Shown: in pieces, positions 33,301 to 41,919 of the stretch
Layout: the number at the start of each line of letters is the position of its first letter
Numbering within the stretch: position 1 is the stretch's first letter
Origin: a virus
Taxonomy: Duplodnaviria > Heunggongvirae > Uroviricota > Caudoviricetes
Direction: 5' to 3' (one strand)
DNA: 64,000 nt
Virus record (IMG/VR): IMGVR_UViG_3300028549_001428
Made by a program: the position numbers and the translations under genes
Notes under the pieces: generated by a model
Told to the model about the DNA's origin: nothing
Database searches by the model: none
The model's input: only the letters and a program-made list of their open reading frames with translations

Positions 33301-33506
33301 TTAAGTCTGCTAACCCTGCTGGTTTAACTGCTGGTGTTGTTATTTGTGATGAAACAAACAACACTCGTGATATAATTGATACCAATCAATTAATCGTTGA
33401 TGTTGTATTACAACCAACGAAATCAGTTGAGTTTATCACACTTAGAACAACAGTTCAAAGAACTGGTGATGATTTAAAAATTACGAACAGCATAGTAGGA
33501 GGATAA
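30315..33506 (+). CDS. contractile tail sheath protein (gp18-like) with large inserted domains
   Basis: APGVRIRLRDLS, WLPPAG..G, LYDANINP, GQKTM, LNRLNV, QPTKSVEFITL; late promoter 30270-30278. Confidence 0.93.
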   Translation: MAVYGQGAPGVRIRLRDLSEVTLVTNPNITAGIVGYSAKGEFNKIIDLTSTADQDTYLGNGFNNARYNQGLYASRAVLNANGFVEYVRPYGEVVITDDTDPEYDTNQSLKTDTFTVAFNYAQATETSFDIKHYASTRYVEDGLQGMGSRKINTIAETLKNNTNVDFELSADAMDDDDGGTEKVMLFSIMNSDPTAAVRAGNRIAISDITGGGTEVTVEVAGIHGLDVGDSVIISGTTNFNGTYAISEVVDETTFIFLDATTASEQVGIVYSNTDTINSGVDYLTVKTVATGKASKKYDSVSVTTALDLTVDNDTFTMETSNGSNATFELTVDGVYTAGNYPITLVNDTFTGATTAPAVIEVTDGSKFTVGDQIHVTGGSLPTGLVAAQLYTVKLITTNTITLVRSATSVETPITISVNGSGAIINLTATLRSFVTQLSNVDLANNSNATSSVTTITSGVFALSASQASKFTINDMVILQDNYATTGIRTALPTGLTAGTVYKVATVNLIDNTITLKNYDGTALTISTDSTVTHKILNLTKGVVSATVNSNGVTLDIIGRFGLTAPITNQTTLPSFFTFTGVAGITSTGEMGADDHMIQSSEGSIVIDSTIGRQFLNLGLAVEDYQDINFDGTEDRVYQLTAEGIIISKMYVYVTYYFGGETYQFSGTLVPYAYGDTNLYLKNSAEDYENGWTLVMNDNASLEDGVAEFDLSTSIIDGIISSTVTKVSFDETDPAIVNDAVWSYVPKNNASSSILSSAWQLFLNKDESSCDMLVAAGTAISNLFVKNMEQINYTVMDSMLGICEKRKDMFAIFDGVDEPKIDVALKKMIGIGSVGDLSRWGAIFDGRSIFSDSVYTKINAPAVKSIEVAAIICYNRASNVYWLPPAGYTTGRIPSSLASRQKFIRTYNYADDATSDIARLYDANINPTRVNDQGQFVYGQKTMLKRMTALNRLNVIMLIAGIHKRFSDFLDKKVFQLNTAALRTSIQADLQAQLELIKSANPAGLTAGVVICDETNNTRDIIDTNQLIVDVVLQPTKSVEFITLRTTVQRTGDDLKITNSIVGG

Positions 33507-33510
33507 TTAA

Positions 33511-34191
33511 ATGGCTGATTTTAGTAACCAAACAAAACTATTCTCTCTAAATGGTATTGATAATTTAAGAGATCCTGTTAGAAATACCCGTTGGAGAGTT
33601 TTGATTCCATCTGAAATTTTTGCGGCTACTGGTATTCAAGTTACCAATGGTGCTCAATTTAACAATGGTCAGGACGGCACAGATGAATTTGCATTGCATA
33701 TAAAAACTGCTGTAATTCCTACATTGAAGAATGAAAACAAATTCCATTGGTATATGGGTTTCAAACAAGCACATGTTGTTAATACCGACATGTCAACCGA
33801 ACAGGAATTTGAAACTATTCTATTGGAAGATATGAGAGCATATGAAGCTATGATTGCTTGGGAACAGGCATGTCATAACACTGGTATCTTGAGTGACGGT
33901 TCCAATGCAGACAGAATGAACCAAACTGGATTAAAATTGGGTCTTGGTAATCACAAGGATATAAAAAACGAAACTTCAACGGTTGTTAGAAATAACACAG
34001 TTAAGGTTGAGTTATATAACTGGATGCGTGGTGATGTTATTATGAGACTAAATCTTATAAATGCATACCCAACTGAAGTTGCTGGATTCAATTTGAACTA
34101 CAACTCCGCTGATATTGTGAATTTCAAATTCAAATTATTCGCAGATCGTTGGACAATACAAATACCAGAAGGATATACAACTGGTTTGTAA
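33511..34191 (+). CDS. tail tube protein (gp19-like)
   Basis: Follows sheath; DPVRNTRW, LINAYPTEV, FKFKLFADRW. Confidence 0.85.
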   Translation: MADFSNQTKLFSLNGIDNLRDPVRNTRWRVLIPSEIFAATGIQVTNGAQFNNGQDGTDEFALHIKTAVIPTLKNENKFHWYMGFKQAHVVNTDMSTEQEFETILLEDMRAYEAMIAWEQACHNTGILSDGSNADRMNQTGLKLGLGNHKDIKNETSTVVRNNTVKVELYNWMRGDVIMRLNLINAYPTEVAGFNLNYNSADIVNFKFKLFADRWTIQIPEGYTTGL

Positions 34192-34201
34192 TACATAACT
34201 T

Positions 34202-34236
34202 AAAAAAACCCCATCGAGATTTCGGTGGGGTTTTTC
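34202..34236. terminator. bidirectional intrinsic terminator
   Basis: AAAAACCCCATCGA-GATT-TCGGTGGGGTTTTT between convergent genes. Confidence 0.8.
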
Positions 34237-34254
34237 TTTTATTATATTCGACGA

Positions 34255-34707
34255 TTAGCCATATCGTATTTTTAGTTGTTCACGATCTATCATAACTTTA
34301 ACTGCATTTGCGTAATATGATAATTGATTAACTGTTCGTTTTAGAAAATCAACATATGCATTTTGTTCATCATATTCTCGTTGCTTTGCTCTTACCTTAT
34401 CATGTCCTTCTAACATAATAGAAGTACCTTTTACATCAATATCATATACTAATACACTTCGTTTAATTTCATCATATGCGGTGGATTTCACTTTCACCAA
34501 ATCTGATTTTATAACGGCTAATTTTTGTTCTTCTTGCATTAATAAACCGTTATAGTTCACATACACATTACCTGCTGAATATGCAACATTGCGCTGACAC
34601 TTATCTAAATCCAAATCACCTTTAGCATCAAATGCATTGAAGTTTGATTCTATATGATCTTTAAGTGCCTTAATATGATTTGCCGTTATATTTACTGGAA
34701 TTTCCAT
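34255..34707 (-). CDS. uvsY: UvsY-like recombination mediator
   Basis: Helical 150 aa; YDEQNAYVDFLKRTVNQL..AVKVMID..K..G matches the UvsY C-terminus pattern. Confidence 0.6.
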   Translation of the reverse strand: MEIPVNITANHIKALKDHIESNFNAFDAKGDLDLDKCQRNVAYSAGNVYVNYNGLLMQEEQKLAVIKSDLVKVKSTAYDEIKRSVLVYDIDVKGTSIMLEGHDKVRAKQREYDEQNAYVDFLKRTVNQLSYYANAVKVMIDREQLKIRYG

Positions 34708-34775
34708 AGAACAATCCTTATTGTTTCAAAAATAATTTATATTATAAATATACACTATTTAATGGTACATTATTA

Positions 34776-35324
34776 ATGGAAAAAGATTATTCAGGATTTG
34801 AAAGATTGTTAGGACTACCTACTGGATCTACAGCAAGGGGTGAGGATGAATTGCGTCCATTATTGGCTGATAGTCTAAAAAATAAAACTAATGAGTTGGT
34901 TAAAGATACTACAAAATTAGAAGTATTATCTACAATGTCTAAATCAGAATTGGTAAAACATGGATTTAATTTGGATACGTTGGAAGAAGATAAAGTAAGA
35001 ATTAGAAATGAGTCATATGAAGTATATGAAATAGCAAGATCATTATTAAATGGTTATAAGACTCAGATGGATAGAGCAGTCAATCCTAACGATAGAATGT
35101 GGATGGCAGGTGCAAAAATAATTGATTCTGTCACTGGTAGTCTAGATAAATTGTTATCAATGACTATGAAGTTTAAGCAAGAAGAAGAAATGAAAGGTAT
35201 GACATTAGTTAAGGATGATGGAAAAACAGCCAAGGAAATGACTACAAAGGATTGGATGGATTTTATCAAATCTGCTAAAGATATACCAGATGAAGATCTA
35301 AGCGAAATAATAGAAAATAAATAA
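34776..35324 (+). CDS. possible terminase small subunit (gp16-like)
   Basis: NDRMWMAGAKIIDSV..LL..MKFK and TTKDW resemble gp16 PR.EV..L / ST.DL; TATAAATA at 34743-34750. Confidence 0.45.
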   Translation: MEKDYSGFERLLGLPTGSTARGEDELRPLLADSLKNKTNELVKDTTKLEVLSTMSKSELVKHGFNLDTLEEDKVRIRNESYEVYEIARSLLNGYKTQMDRAVNPNDRMWMAGAKIIDSVTGSLDKLLSMTMKFKQEEEMKGMTLVKDDGKTAKEMTTKDWMDFIKSAKDIPDEDLSEIIENK

Positions 35325-35358
35325 CATAATTTCCTGTCAAATTATGTATATTTGATGT

Positions 35359-36474
35359 ATGGAAAAAATTGCAATTATAGGTGATCCTCATTTTGGACGA
35401 AAGGCAGAACACCCTCTCATAAAGAAATTTGTGAAAGAGGGTCAGGATGCCTTCTATGATTTTTTAATTGCTCAATTGAAAGAAAGAAATATAAAGACAG
35501 TATTAATTACTGGTGATTTGCACGATACTCGACAGTCAATAAATGTAGAGGCATTGGTAAATACAAAGCGAATCCTTCAAACAAAAATGAAAGATTTCGA
35601 TATTCATATAGTGTTAGGTAATCATGATATGTATTACGAAAACTCATATGATATAACATCTCTTGAATTATTTGAAGATATTCCTAACGTAACTGTATAT
35701 AGAGAAGGAATAGTAACAAAAAATTTCCTTAATAAAACCTGGTATATGGTTCCTTGGATTATCCATGAAAATGAATCGAAAGTGACTGAATTTTTAGAAA
35801 AAATGGGTAAGAAACCGATAGCTACACGAAATAATACTGTATTTTTTGGTCATTTCGAGTTATTTGGTATAAATATGGAAGGAAATTCCATTTCATCATT
35901 TGGATTAGATCCAAACCTACTCATGAATGCGTCTAATAGAATATTTAGTGGGCATTATCATGGTAAATCAATAACAAAAAAAACTGATAGTCATCTAGTA
36001 TATGTAGGTTCACCATATCCATTAACATTCGCTAATGCAAATGCTGAACATGGGTTTTGGATAGTTGATGAAAATCTAGATTATGAATTTATAAAAAATG
36101 AAGTGTCCCCATCATTTATTGATATATGGGATACGGATGATTTAAATGCATTGCCTGATTTAACTAATTCTTTTATTAGGTTATACATCGATAAAACGAT
36201 TACATCCGAAAAAGAATTCGAAATAAGACTAAAAATAGAAAATAAAAAACCTATTTTAGTTAGAACACTGTCTTATAATGGTACTAAGGAAGAAATTCAG
36301 AGTAAACCTGAAATTGAACGTGAAGCAAATAGAATAGTCAAGATGAGTTCGATGGAAATAGCTGAAATTTATATAGATCAAACATTCGACAGCCTTCCTA
36401 AGTTATCATTGACACCAGACCCTAAACAAGAAATTTTAAAACGATTAACCAAATACAACGAAACATCAAAATAA
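35359..36474 (+). CDS. recombination endonuclease (T4 gp47 / Mre11-SbcD)
   Basis: GDPHFG, GDLHD, GNHD, GH, SGHYH, YVGSP. Confidence 0.93.
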   Translation: MEKIAIIGDPHFGRKAEHPLIKKFVKEGQDAFYDFLIAQLKERNIKTVLITGDLHDTRQSINVEALVNTKRILQTKMKDFDIHIVLGNHDMYYENSYDITSLELFEDIPNVTVYREGIVTKNFLNKTWYMVPWIIHENESKVTEFLEKMGKKPIATRNNTVFFGHFELFGINMEGNSISSFGLDPNLLMNASNRIFSGHYHGKSITKKTDSHLVYVGSPYPLTFANANAEHGFWIVDENLDYEFIKNEVSPSFIDIWDTDDLNALPDLTNSFIRLYIDKTITSEKEFEIRLKIENKKPILVRTLSYNGTKEEIQSKPEIEREANRIVKMSSMEIAEIYIDQTFDSLPKLSLTPDPKQEILKRLTKYNETSK

Positions 36475-36486
36475 GGATATGTAAAA

Positions 36487-37830
36487 ATGTCAGAAAAAGA
36501 AGTTGATCAAACTATTCCAACTATTAGCGAAGAATTGCGTGAACGAGCATCGCTAAAACCAACCTTTAACATTTTATTTGTGTCGGATAATGATTCTAGA
36601 TTATCATTATTCCGTGGTTCTACTATATTCAAGACATTTGAAGAATTCTATAGTAGACAAGCAAACATAAGCTGTTCATATGTACCATCAACTAAATTAG
36701 CTTCAATGAAGTTAAGTGATTTCGATGGTTATAACATTTTATGGATTGATAATGTTAGTAGCTATGGTGCTGCAAAAAATCTCTCCGCATTGAATATTGA
36801 ATTGCTAAATTCAGTTGATCCAGAATGGAAAGAAACCGTAGATAAACTAGGTACAAATAGCGACGAGACTGTTAAATATATCAAGGATTTGAACTCTAAG
36901 AGAGAAGCAAAGCTAAGAATTATATATGCTCTAGATGAATTGGTATGGGAAGGTCCAGTAGGTAGATCCCACGATGTACAAAGCGTACAGATAATCGAAA
37001 CATTCATCAATATGGCAGATAGTGTTGTAGTTCCTACAGCAGAACTACGTGAACTTATTAAGTATTATAAGTTCGTTACTGATGAGAATAAGGATATATT
37101 TGTTATACCTACCTCAGTGAATGCTGATATGTATCCACTATTTAAGGATTTCAGTAGAGAGAAGGGAACTCCAAATACATTTGATAAGCCTCATGTATTA
37201 GTAAAGGGATTAACTATCCCAATGAATGTGCAGAAGTTCATTGCTGAAAATCATAAAAAGATGAAAATAACTATATGTACTGTTGGTGAGTTGGATGACC
37301 ATATCATGGGTCTGATCCAAAGACAAAAAGTTACTCATATTTATCATTGGGCAAACCCTTATGTAAATAGAAGAAATATCCTAGCTACATATGCACTTGA
37401 ACGTGATATGGCATTTGATTTTGTTATACATACAAAACCAGATAGCTTGAACGGTCAGATGTATGAGTTATCTTCTGGTGATGATGATATATTGATGTCT
37501 ATTGCTTCTGGATCATTGCCAATATGTGGTATCGACCATGTTGGATATGATGATGAAAGCACACATCTTGGATATGCAAGTGGATTAACATTTGGTAAGA
37601 ATAGTACTGAAAAATCTATTAAAGAAATGATTGAAAATTACAGCCTTGGTGTTAGATGGAATGATGCCTTTAATAAATGTAGAGCATTGGTTGAAAGCAG
37701 AATTATAACATCGCCAAAAATAATTTCAGCTTATTTCTCTGTTATGTTAGGTCGTGAATTATCTAATGCTAGAAATGTGTTAGCTATGGAAGCAAAAGCT
37801 AAAATTGAACAAAATATAGAAGTGCAATAA
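36487..37830 (+). CDS. glycosyltransferase-like protein (GT-B fold)
   Basis: IIYALDE, MADSVVVPTAELRE, VIPTSV, IASGSLPICG. Confidence 0.55.
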   Translation: MSEKEVDQTIPTISEELRERASLKPTFNILFVSDNDSRLSLFRGSTIFKTFEEFYSRQANISCSYVPSTKLASMKLSDFDGYNILWIDNVSSYGAAKNLSALNIELLNSVDPEWKETVDKLGTNSDETVKYIKDLNSKREAKLRIIYALDELVWEGPVGRSHDVQSVQIIETFINMADSVVVPTAELRELIKYYKFVTDENKDIFVIPTSVNADMYPLFKDFSREKGTPNTFDKPHVLVKGLTIPMNVQKFIAENHKKMKITICTVGELDDHIMGLIQRQKVTHIYHWANPYVNRRNILATYALERDMAFDFVIHTKPDSLNGQMYELSSGDDDILMSIASGSLPICGIDHVGYDDESTHLGYASGLTFGKNSTEKSIKEMIENYSLGVRWNDAFNKCRALVESRIITSPKIISAYFSVMLGRELSNARNVLAMEAKAKIEQNIEVQ

Positions 37831-37841
37831 GGGGTAATACA

Positions 37842-38567
37842 ATGAATAAGAATCCTAATTTAAAACTGATCGGATTTTTTGGTCAATCTGGTGCTGGAAA
37901 GACCACTATTATTCGAAATGTAAAACAATCAAATAATGGCTATAATATCATTCCAAGTACAGGTATTATTAGATATCTTTTTGGTAAAAATCCTAGAAGT
38001 TATAGTAGTCCAAATGATATTTTAAATAGATATGGGCGTGATTTAGATGAATTGAAACCACTAGAACGTAATGCTAAGATTGATGAGATGTATGAAAAAT
38101 ACATTAGATCTCAAATGCAACTTCTAAATGATTTCTCTAGTGAAGTATTCAATCAATTTAGAGAGATATATCCAAGTAAAACCATAATTTTATTTGATAG
38201 AAGTCCAATTGATTTTTATGCTATTACTGCATGTGGTGTTAATTATCTTAAATCAATACTAAAAAATGATTTAAATCCTATGTGCCTAAAATTACTTGAT
38301 ATATGTAAGAAAACAGCAGAAACTAACACTCAGAATCTATTTGATGTTATTTGTGTGACATATCCTTGGAAGAAATCCGAGTTATCAACACTAAATGACG
38401 GTGTTAGAGATCATTATCTAAGTGAATTTTATGTAGGTGATAACTGGTATAATGTAATAAACTCAATAAATCTAGGAAATGTAGAAACTTTCCCAATTGA
38501 GGGTGATATTACCGAATTAATGCAAAGAGCAAAAGTAGTGGATAATTTCATTACTAAGATTAAATAA
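37842..38567 (+). CDS. P-loop nucleotide kinase-like ATPase
   Basis: GQSGAGKTT, FDRSPIDF, DGVR. Confidence 0.75.
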   Translation: MNKNPNLKLIGFFGQSGAGKTTIIRNVKQSNNGYNIIPSTGIIRYLFGKNPRSYSSPNDILNRYGRDLDELKPLERNAKIDEMYEKYIRSQMQLLNDFSSEVFNQFREIYPSKTIILFDRSPIDFYAITACGVNYLKSILKNDLNPMCLKLLDICKKTAETNTQNLFDVICVTYPWKKSELSTLNDGVRDHYLSEFYVGDNWYNVINSINLGNVETFPIEGDITELMQRAKVVDNFITKIK

Positions 38568-38622
38568 ACATTATAAACAATAACAATTATTATGCCCTGA
38601 AAAGGGCTTTTTTTTAATTTAT

Positions 38623-39054
38623 ATTTTCTGAGCGAGAAAATCCCTTCCCTTTAGGGGAGGGGATGAGATCGAAAAATAATTTAAAATAAAACGAATAAAT
38701 TAATGTATATTTGAATTGAGTCTTGGTGATACAAGATTAGACTGACAGGTGCTCTGATGGGTGTATGATTAAGTTCATAGAAGCGATACATTGGATGTCA
38801 TATCGATCAAGTCGAACTGCTGGGTGACTTGCAGAGTTAGAAGGTTAAACGTTAGAGTTCAGTGGCGTTAGCCACATATAAAGTTTTTGTACCGTGGGAC
38901 GCACGGGAAGTTAAGCATGTCAGGTTCCCTGAATAGGTGAACGACATGAACCGAAAGTCTAGGATCATGGGATCGGATTAGGTAGGTTCAGGGCATATTA
39001 GAGAGCATTCAAATCTCTAGAATCCCCGATCCTTTAGGGTCGTGGGAGCGTCAA
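38623..39054 (+). mobile_element. ORF-less IS200/IS605-family element (RNA-only, PATE/MITE-like)
   Basis: LE hairpin ATCCCTTCCC-TTTA-GGGGAGGGGAT (38640-38664) after TTTAT (alternative TTAA, boundary 38618); RE GAAT + CCCCGATCC-TTTA-GGGTCGTGGG ending TCAA at 39054; no ORF >=60 aa. Confidence 0.8.
38718..39054 (+). ncRNA. structured ncRNA: unknown 5' domain + TnpB-type reRNA/omegaRNA-like 3' domain
   Basis: Internal TATATT at 38706-38711; many hairpins; ACCGTGGGACGCACGGGAAGTTAAGC at 38891 resembles common TnpB reRNA 5' hairpins. Confidence 0.65.
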
Positions 39055-39080
39055 ATTAATAATTAATGCGTGGAGATTAT

Positions 39081-40043
39081 ATGACACAAAAAAATGTAAC
39101 AACAGATTTGGACAATGAAACAATAATGGCTCTTAGACAAGCAAGAGCAGCACAAGCACAACTAAGAAATATAGGTATGCCTGTTCAACCGCTTGAACCA
39201 CAGCCATTAAAACAGGAAAAACCAAATGTAGTTAAAAACGAACCAATAATTACATACGATAATTTTATCCCTATTCAAAATTTACCATCTAAAGGATTAT
39301 TCTATAGAAATAAATTACATGGACAGGCATTAAAAATGGAAGATATCATTCAGATTCAATCAATGGATGATTCTAACTTAATACCAAACTTTACTGAAAT
39401 ATATAGTAGACGTTTGCGTGGTGCTGGTGCTGAAGAAATATTAACCGCTGATGAATTATATATTGCTCTATGGTTACGAGCATCATCATTCCCTGATAGT
39501 GATCACTATAAAGGTGGGTTTACCTGTAGTAAAGAAGAATGTAAATTCAAAATGACTGATCCTACATATCGAGTTCCGTTCCAACAAATTACATTTGAAA
39601 CAGAAACAATGCCAGATGAGGTATTTAAATTGCATCAAGAACATGGTTACGTTGAAGAAACATTACCAGAGTCTGGAAAAGTAATTCAAATTGAACTTCG
39701 TAGACGATACCATAGTAGAATAATTGATGATGTATTATATTCTGAATTTTATAGTAAGGAAGTATTACCTAAGTCCCATCAGTTGAATTTATTAAAAATA
39801 GCATCGGTTGTTAATATTGATGATATTGTATTAGAAGATGCCGAATCATTGAAAAAACGTTTGGATGTTATAAATAACCTATCCACTAAAGATTCATATC
39901 AATTAATTAAGTATATAAATAATAATTCATTTATGACAGATCCAGTTGTAAATCATATATGTCCATCATGTGGTACAGTAACAAAATCCAGGGGGTATCC
40001 TTTTCGAATTGAAGAATATCTTCCCGATGATTACGGAAAGTAG
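39081..40043 (+). CDS. baseplate hub/tail assembly chaperone (gp26-like)
   Basis: LPSKGLFY, D.LYI.LWLR, CSKEEC and CPSCG Zn motifs; GGAG SD before ATG 39081. Confidence 0.75.
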   Translation: MTQKNVTTDLDNETIMALRQARAAQAQLRNIGMPVQPLEPQPLKQEKPNVVKNEPIITYDNFIPIQNLPSKGLFYRNKLHGQALKMEDIIQIQSMDDSNLIPNFTEIYSRRLRGAGAEEILTADELYIALWLRASSFPDSDHYKGGFTCSKEECKFKMTDPTYRVPFQQITFETETMPDEVFKLHQEHGYVEETLPESGKVIQIELRRRYHSRIIDDVLYSEFYSKEVLPKSHQLNLLKIASVVNIDDIVLEDAESLKKRLDVINNLSTKDSYQLIKYINNNSFMTDPVVNHICPSCGTVTKSRGYPFRIEEYLPDDYGK

Positions 40044-40206
40044 AGTAAAGGAAATTAAATCCATAATCACATTAAATACTTCAACGAGTTATACTGAATG
40101 TGATAGGATGTTTATTTCTGACTTTTTATACTTGGATGAAATGGTATCAAAACAAGCTGCTAATAAGCATGATACTATAGATTCTATTTTAAAAAGTCTG
40201 ATTTGA
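40009..40206 (+). CDS. short gp51-like / frameshift-extension chaperone ORF
   Basis: +1 frame overlap with gp26-like gene; SYTECDRMFISDFLYL pattern; stop supplied by IS end. Confidence 0.55.
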   Translation: MKNIFPMITESRVKEIKSIITLNTSTSYTECDRMFISDFLYLDEMVSKQAANKHDTIDSILKSLI

Positions 40207-40234
40207 CTTACTCCCACGGTTGAAACCGTGGGAT

Positions 40235-41347
40235 TCAAATGCGAATTGCACCTATGGTGCAAGCACTTAGAGAAGAAGTCCCTTCTCTTAAAATATTGAT
40301 GGAAGCGTTATGATCTCTGTCATGCATACATCCACATTGATGACATACCCACTCACGATCAGAAAGAGTCAGATTATCATTCTTCCATCCACATTCAGAA
40401 CATAGCTTACTAGATGGAAACCATTTGTCTACAAAGACAATAGTTTTCCCTTTTTGTTTAGCCACATATTGAATAATGTTAATGAATGATGCAAATCCGA
40501 AATCCATGATTTTCTTCATACATGATTTAAGCATGGATGAAACTTCTAATGTTTCAAAACATAGAACATCATACATATCAGTCAGCCTGTGGGCTAACTT
40601 CCAATGCATATCATTTCTTTGATTTGAAATTTTCTCATGGATCTTACATAAGCTGGTTTTACTTCCCTGCTTTCCTTTAGATTTGCTGAATTTTCGGCTC
40701 ATTCGAGCCAATCGATTCAGATTCTGTTTAAGGAATAATGGGAAGTTGACATTATTTCCATCTGATGATGTTAGAAAATTTTTCATACCGAAATCAAAGC
40801 CCACGCTTTTACCTGATGTGACTCGTTCTGGGTACGTTACTTCTTCCTCACAGCATAGATAAATATAATATCCTCTGCTTGTTCTCTTGAGCGTTAGTGT
40901 CTTTATCTCACCTTTGATCTCTCGTGACTTCCAATATGGGAACACACGATCCGCTATGCGGATCTTATTCCCTTCCAACAACTTATATCCAGCTTGCTTC
41001 GTTGTGAAACTACGATAATTGACTTTCTTCTGAAAGTGTGGAACTGAAGTTTTCTTTTTTAGCTTTAAATTAGCATAGAATAACTTGTATGCTCTGTCTA
41101 TTCTATCTGTTATGTCTTGTATTGCTTGACTTGGAACCTCGTTCCATTCAATATTGATTTTCTTCAACTTCGTGAGATGCTTCTGTAATTGATATTTATT
41201 CAACTGCTTTTTATAATATCTATAGTATCTTCTATGCAAAGCAATACAATGATTATACACCCATGAAGATAAATCAAGTATTCTATCAAGATGCTTAGTC
41301 GCATCTCGACTATATAACTTGTACTTATATGTCTTCACTTGCTTCAT
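40235..41347 (-). CDS. tnpB: TnpB RNA-guided endonuclease
   Basis: YKYKLY HTH, GFDFG (D), FETL (E), CSECG/CHQCG Zn finger, DRDHNASINI (D). Confidence 0.95.
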   Translation of the reverse strand: MKQVKTYKYKLYSRDATKHLDRILDLSSWVYNHCIALHRRYYRYYKKQLNKYQLQKHLTKLKKINIEWNEVPSQAIQDITDRIDRAYKLFYANLKLKKKTSVPHFQKKVNYRSFTTKQAGYKLLEGNKIRIADRVFPYWKSREIKGEIKTLTLKRTSRGYYIYLCCEEEVTYPERVTSGKSVGFDFGMKNFLTSSDGNNVNFPLFLKQNLNRLARMSRKFSKSKGKQGSKTSLCKIHEKISNQRNDMHWKLAHRLTDMYDVLCFETLEVSSMLKSCMKKIMDFGFASFINIIQYVAKQKGKTIVFVDKWFPSSKLCSECGWKNDNLTLSDREWVCHQCGCMHDRDHNASINILREGTSSLSACTIGAIRI

Positions 41348-41742
41348 TTATTCTTTTGATCCAAAATATATTTTTCTATTGTCTTTTCACTTATATGACC
41401 AACTGACTCACAGTAGTATGATCGTGTCCATAATGTAGGCATTCTAGTTTTCAAATTAGGAAATTCAATACGCAATATGCGTGATGTATATCCCTTCAAT
41501 TGTTGAACCACTTTATGAGGACTATCAGTTGGATCAACTTTTATAAAAATATGAATATGGTCAGGCATTACTTCCATTGATTCAATGGAATATCCATTTT
41601 TAGTAGATTGTTCGACTAACAATTCTTTTAATCGCAGTTCTACATTACCTGTTAGAACTCTACGTCTATACTTAGGACACCATATAATATGATAACCTAT
41701 ATTATATACGCAGGTATTTGATCTTTTCCATCTTGCATCCAT
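41344..41742 (-). CDS. tnpA: IS200-family Y1 HUH transposase
   Basis: YHIIWCPKYRR, MPDHIH (HUH), KGYTSR, LWTRSYY, YI..Q. Confidence 0.96.
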   Translation of the reverse strand: MDARWKRSNTCVYNIGYHIIWCPKYRRRVLTGNVELRLKELLVEQSTKNGYSIESMEVMPDHIHIFIKVDPTDSPHKVVQQLKGYTSRILRIEFPNLKTRMPTLWTRSYYCESVGHISEKTIEKYILDQKNK

Positions 41743-41919
41743 ACTACTAATATACATTATTTATCTGTCAGTTGTATAATTATTTTAATATAATTTGTCG
41801 CATTCATCTCACGGCTAAAGACCGTGGGATTTCTGCTCTAATACAATCGTAAGAAAACGGACTAATACTAATATTATTAGTTCGTTTTTATTTATAAACT
41901 ACTGTAAGTAGGGTTTTTT

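Larger units (their letters stand above)
40203..41848 (-). mobile_element. IS605-type element (tnpA + tnpB)
   Basis: RE (minus) GAATCCCACGG-TTTCAA-CCGTGGGAGTAAGTCAA; LE hairpin TCCCACGG-TCTTTAG-CCGTGAGA preceded by TTAC; empty site regenerates ATG TAA in host ORF. Confidence 0.88.

Noticed and set aside
38718-39054. Group I intron / IStron (GAACTGCTGGG resembles the P element)
   Set aside because: No recognisable R/S (P7) pair in the right order, no terminal G, and the site is intergenic
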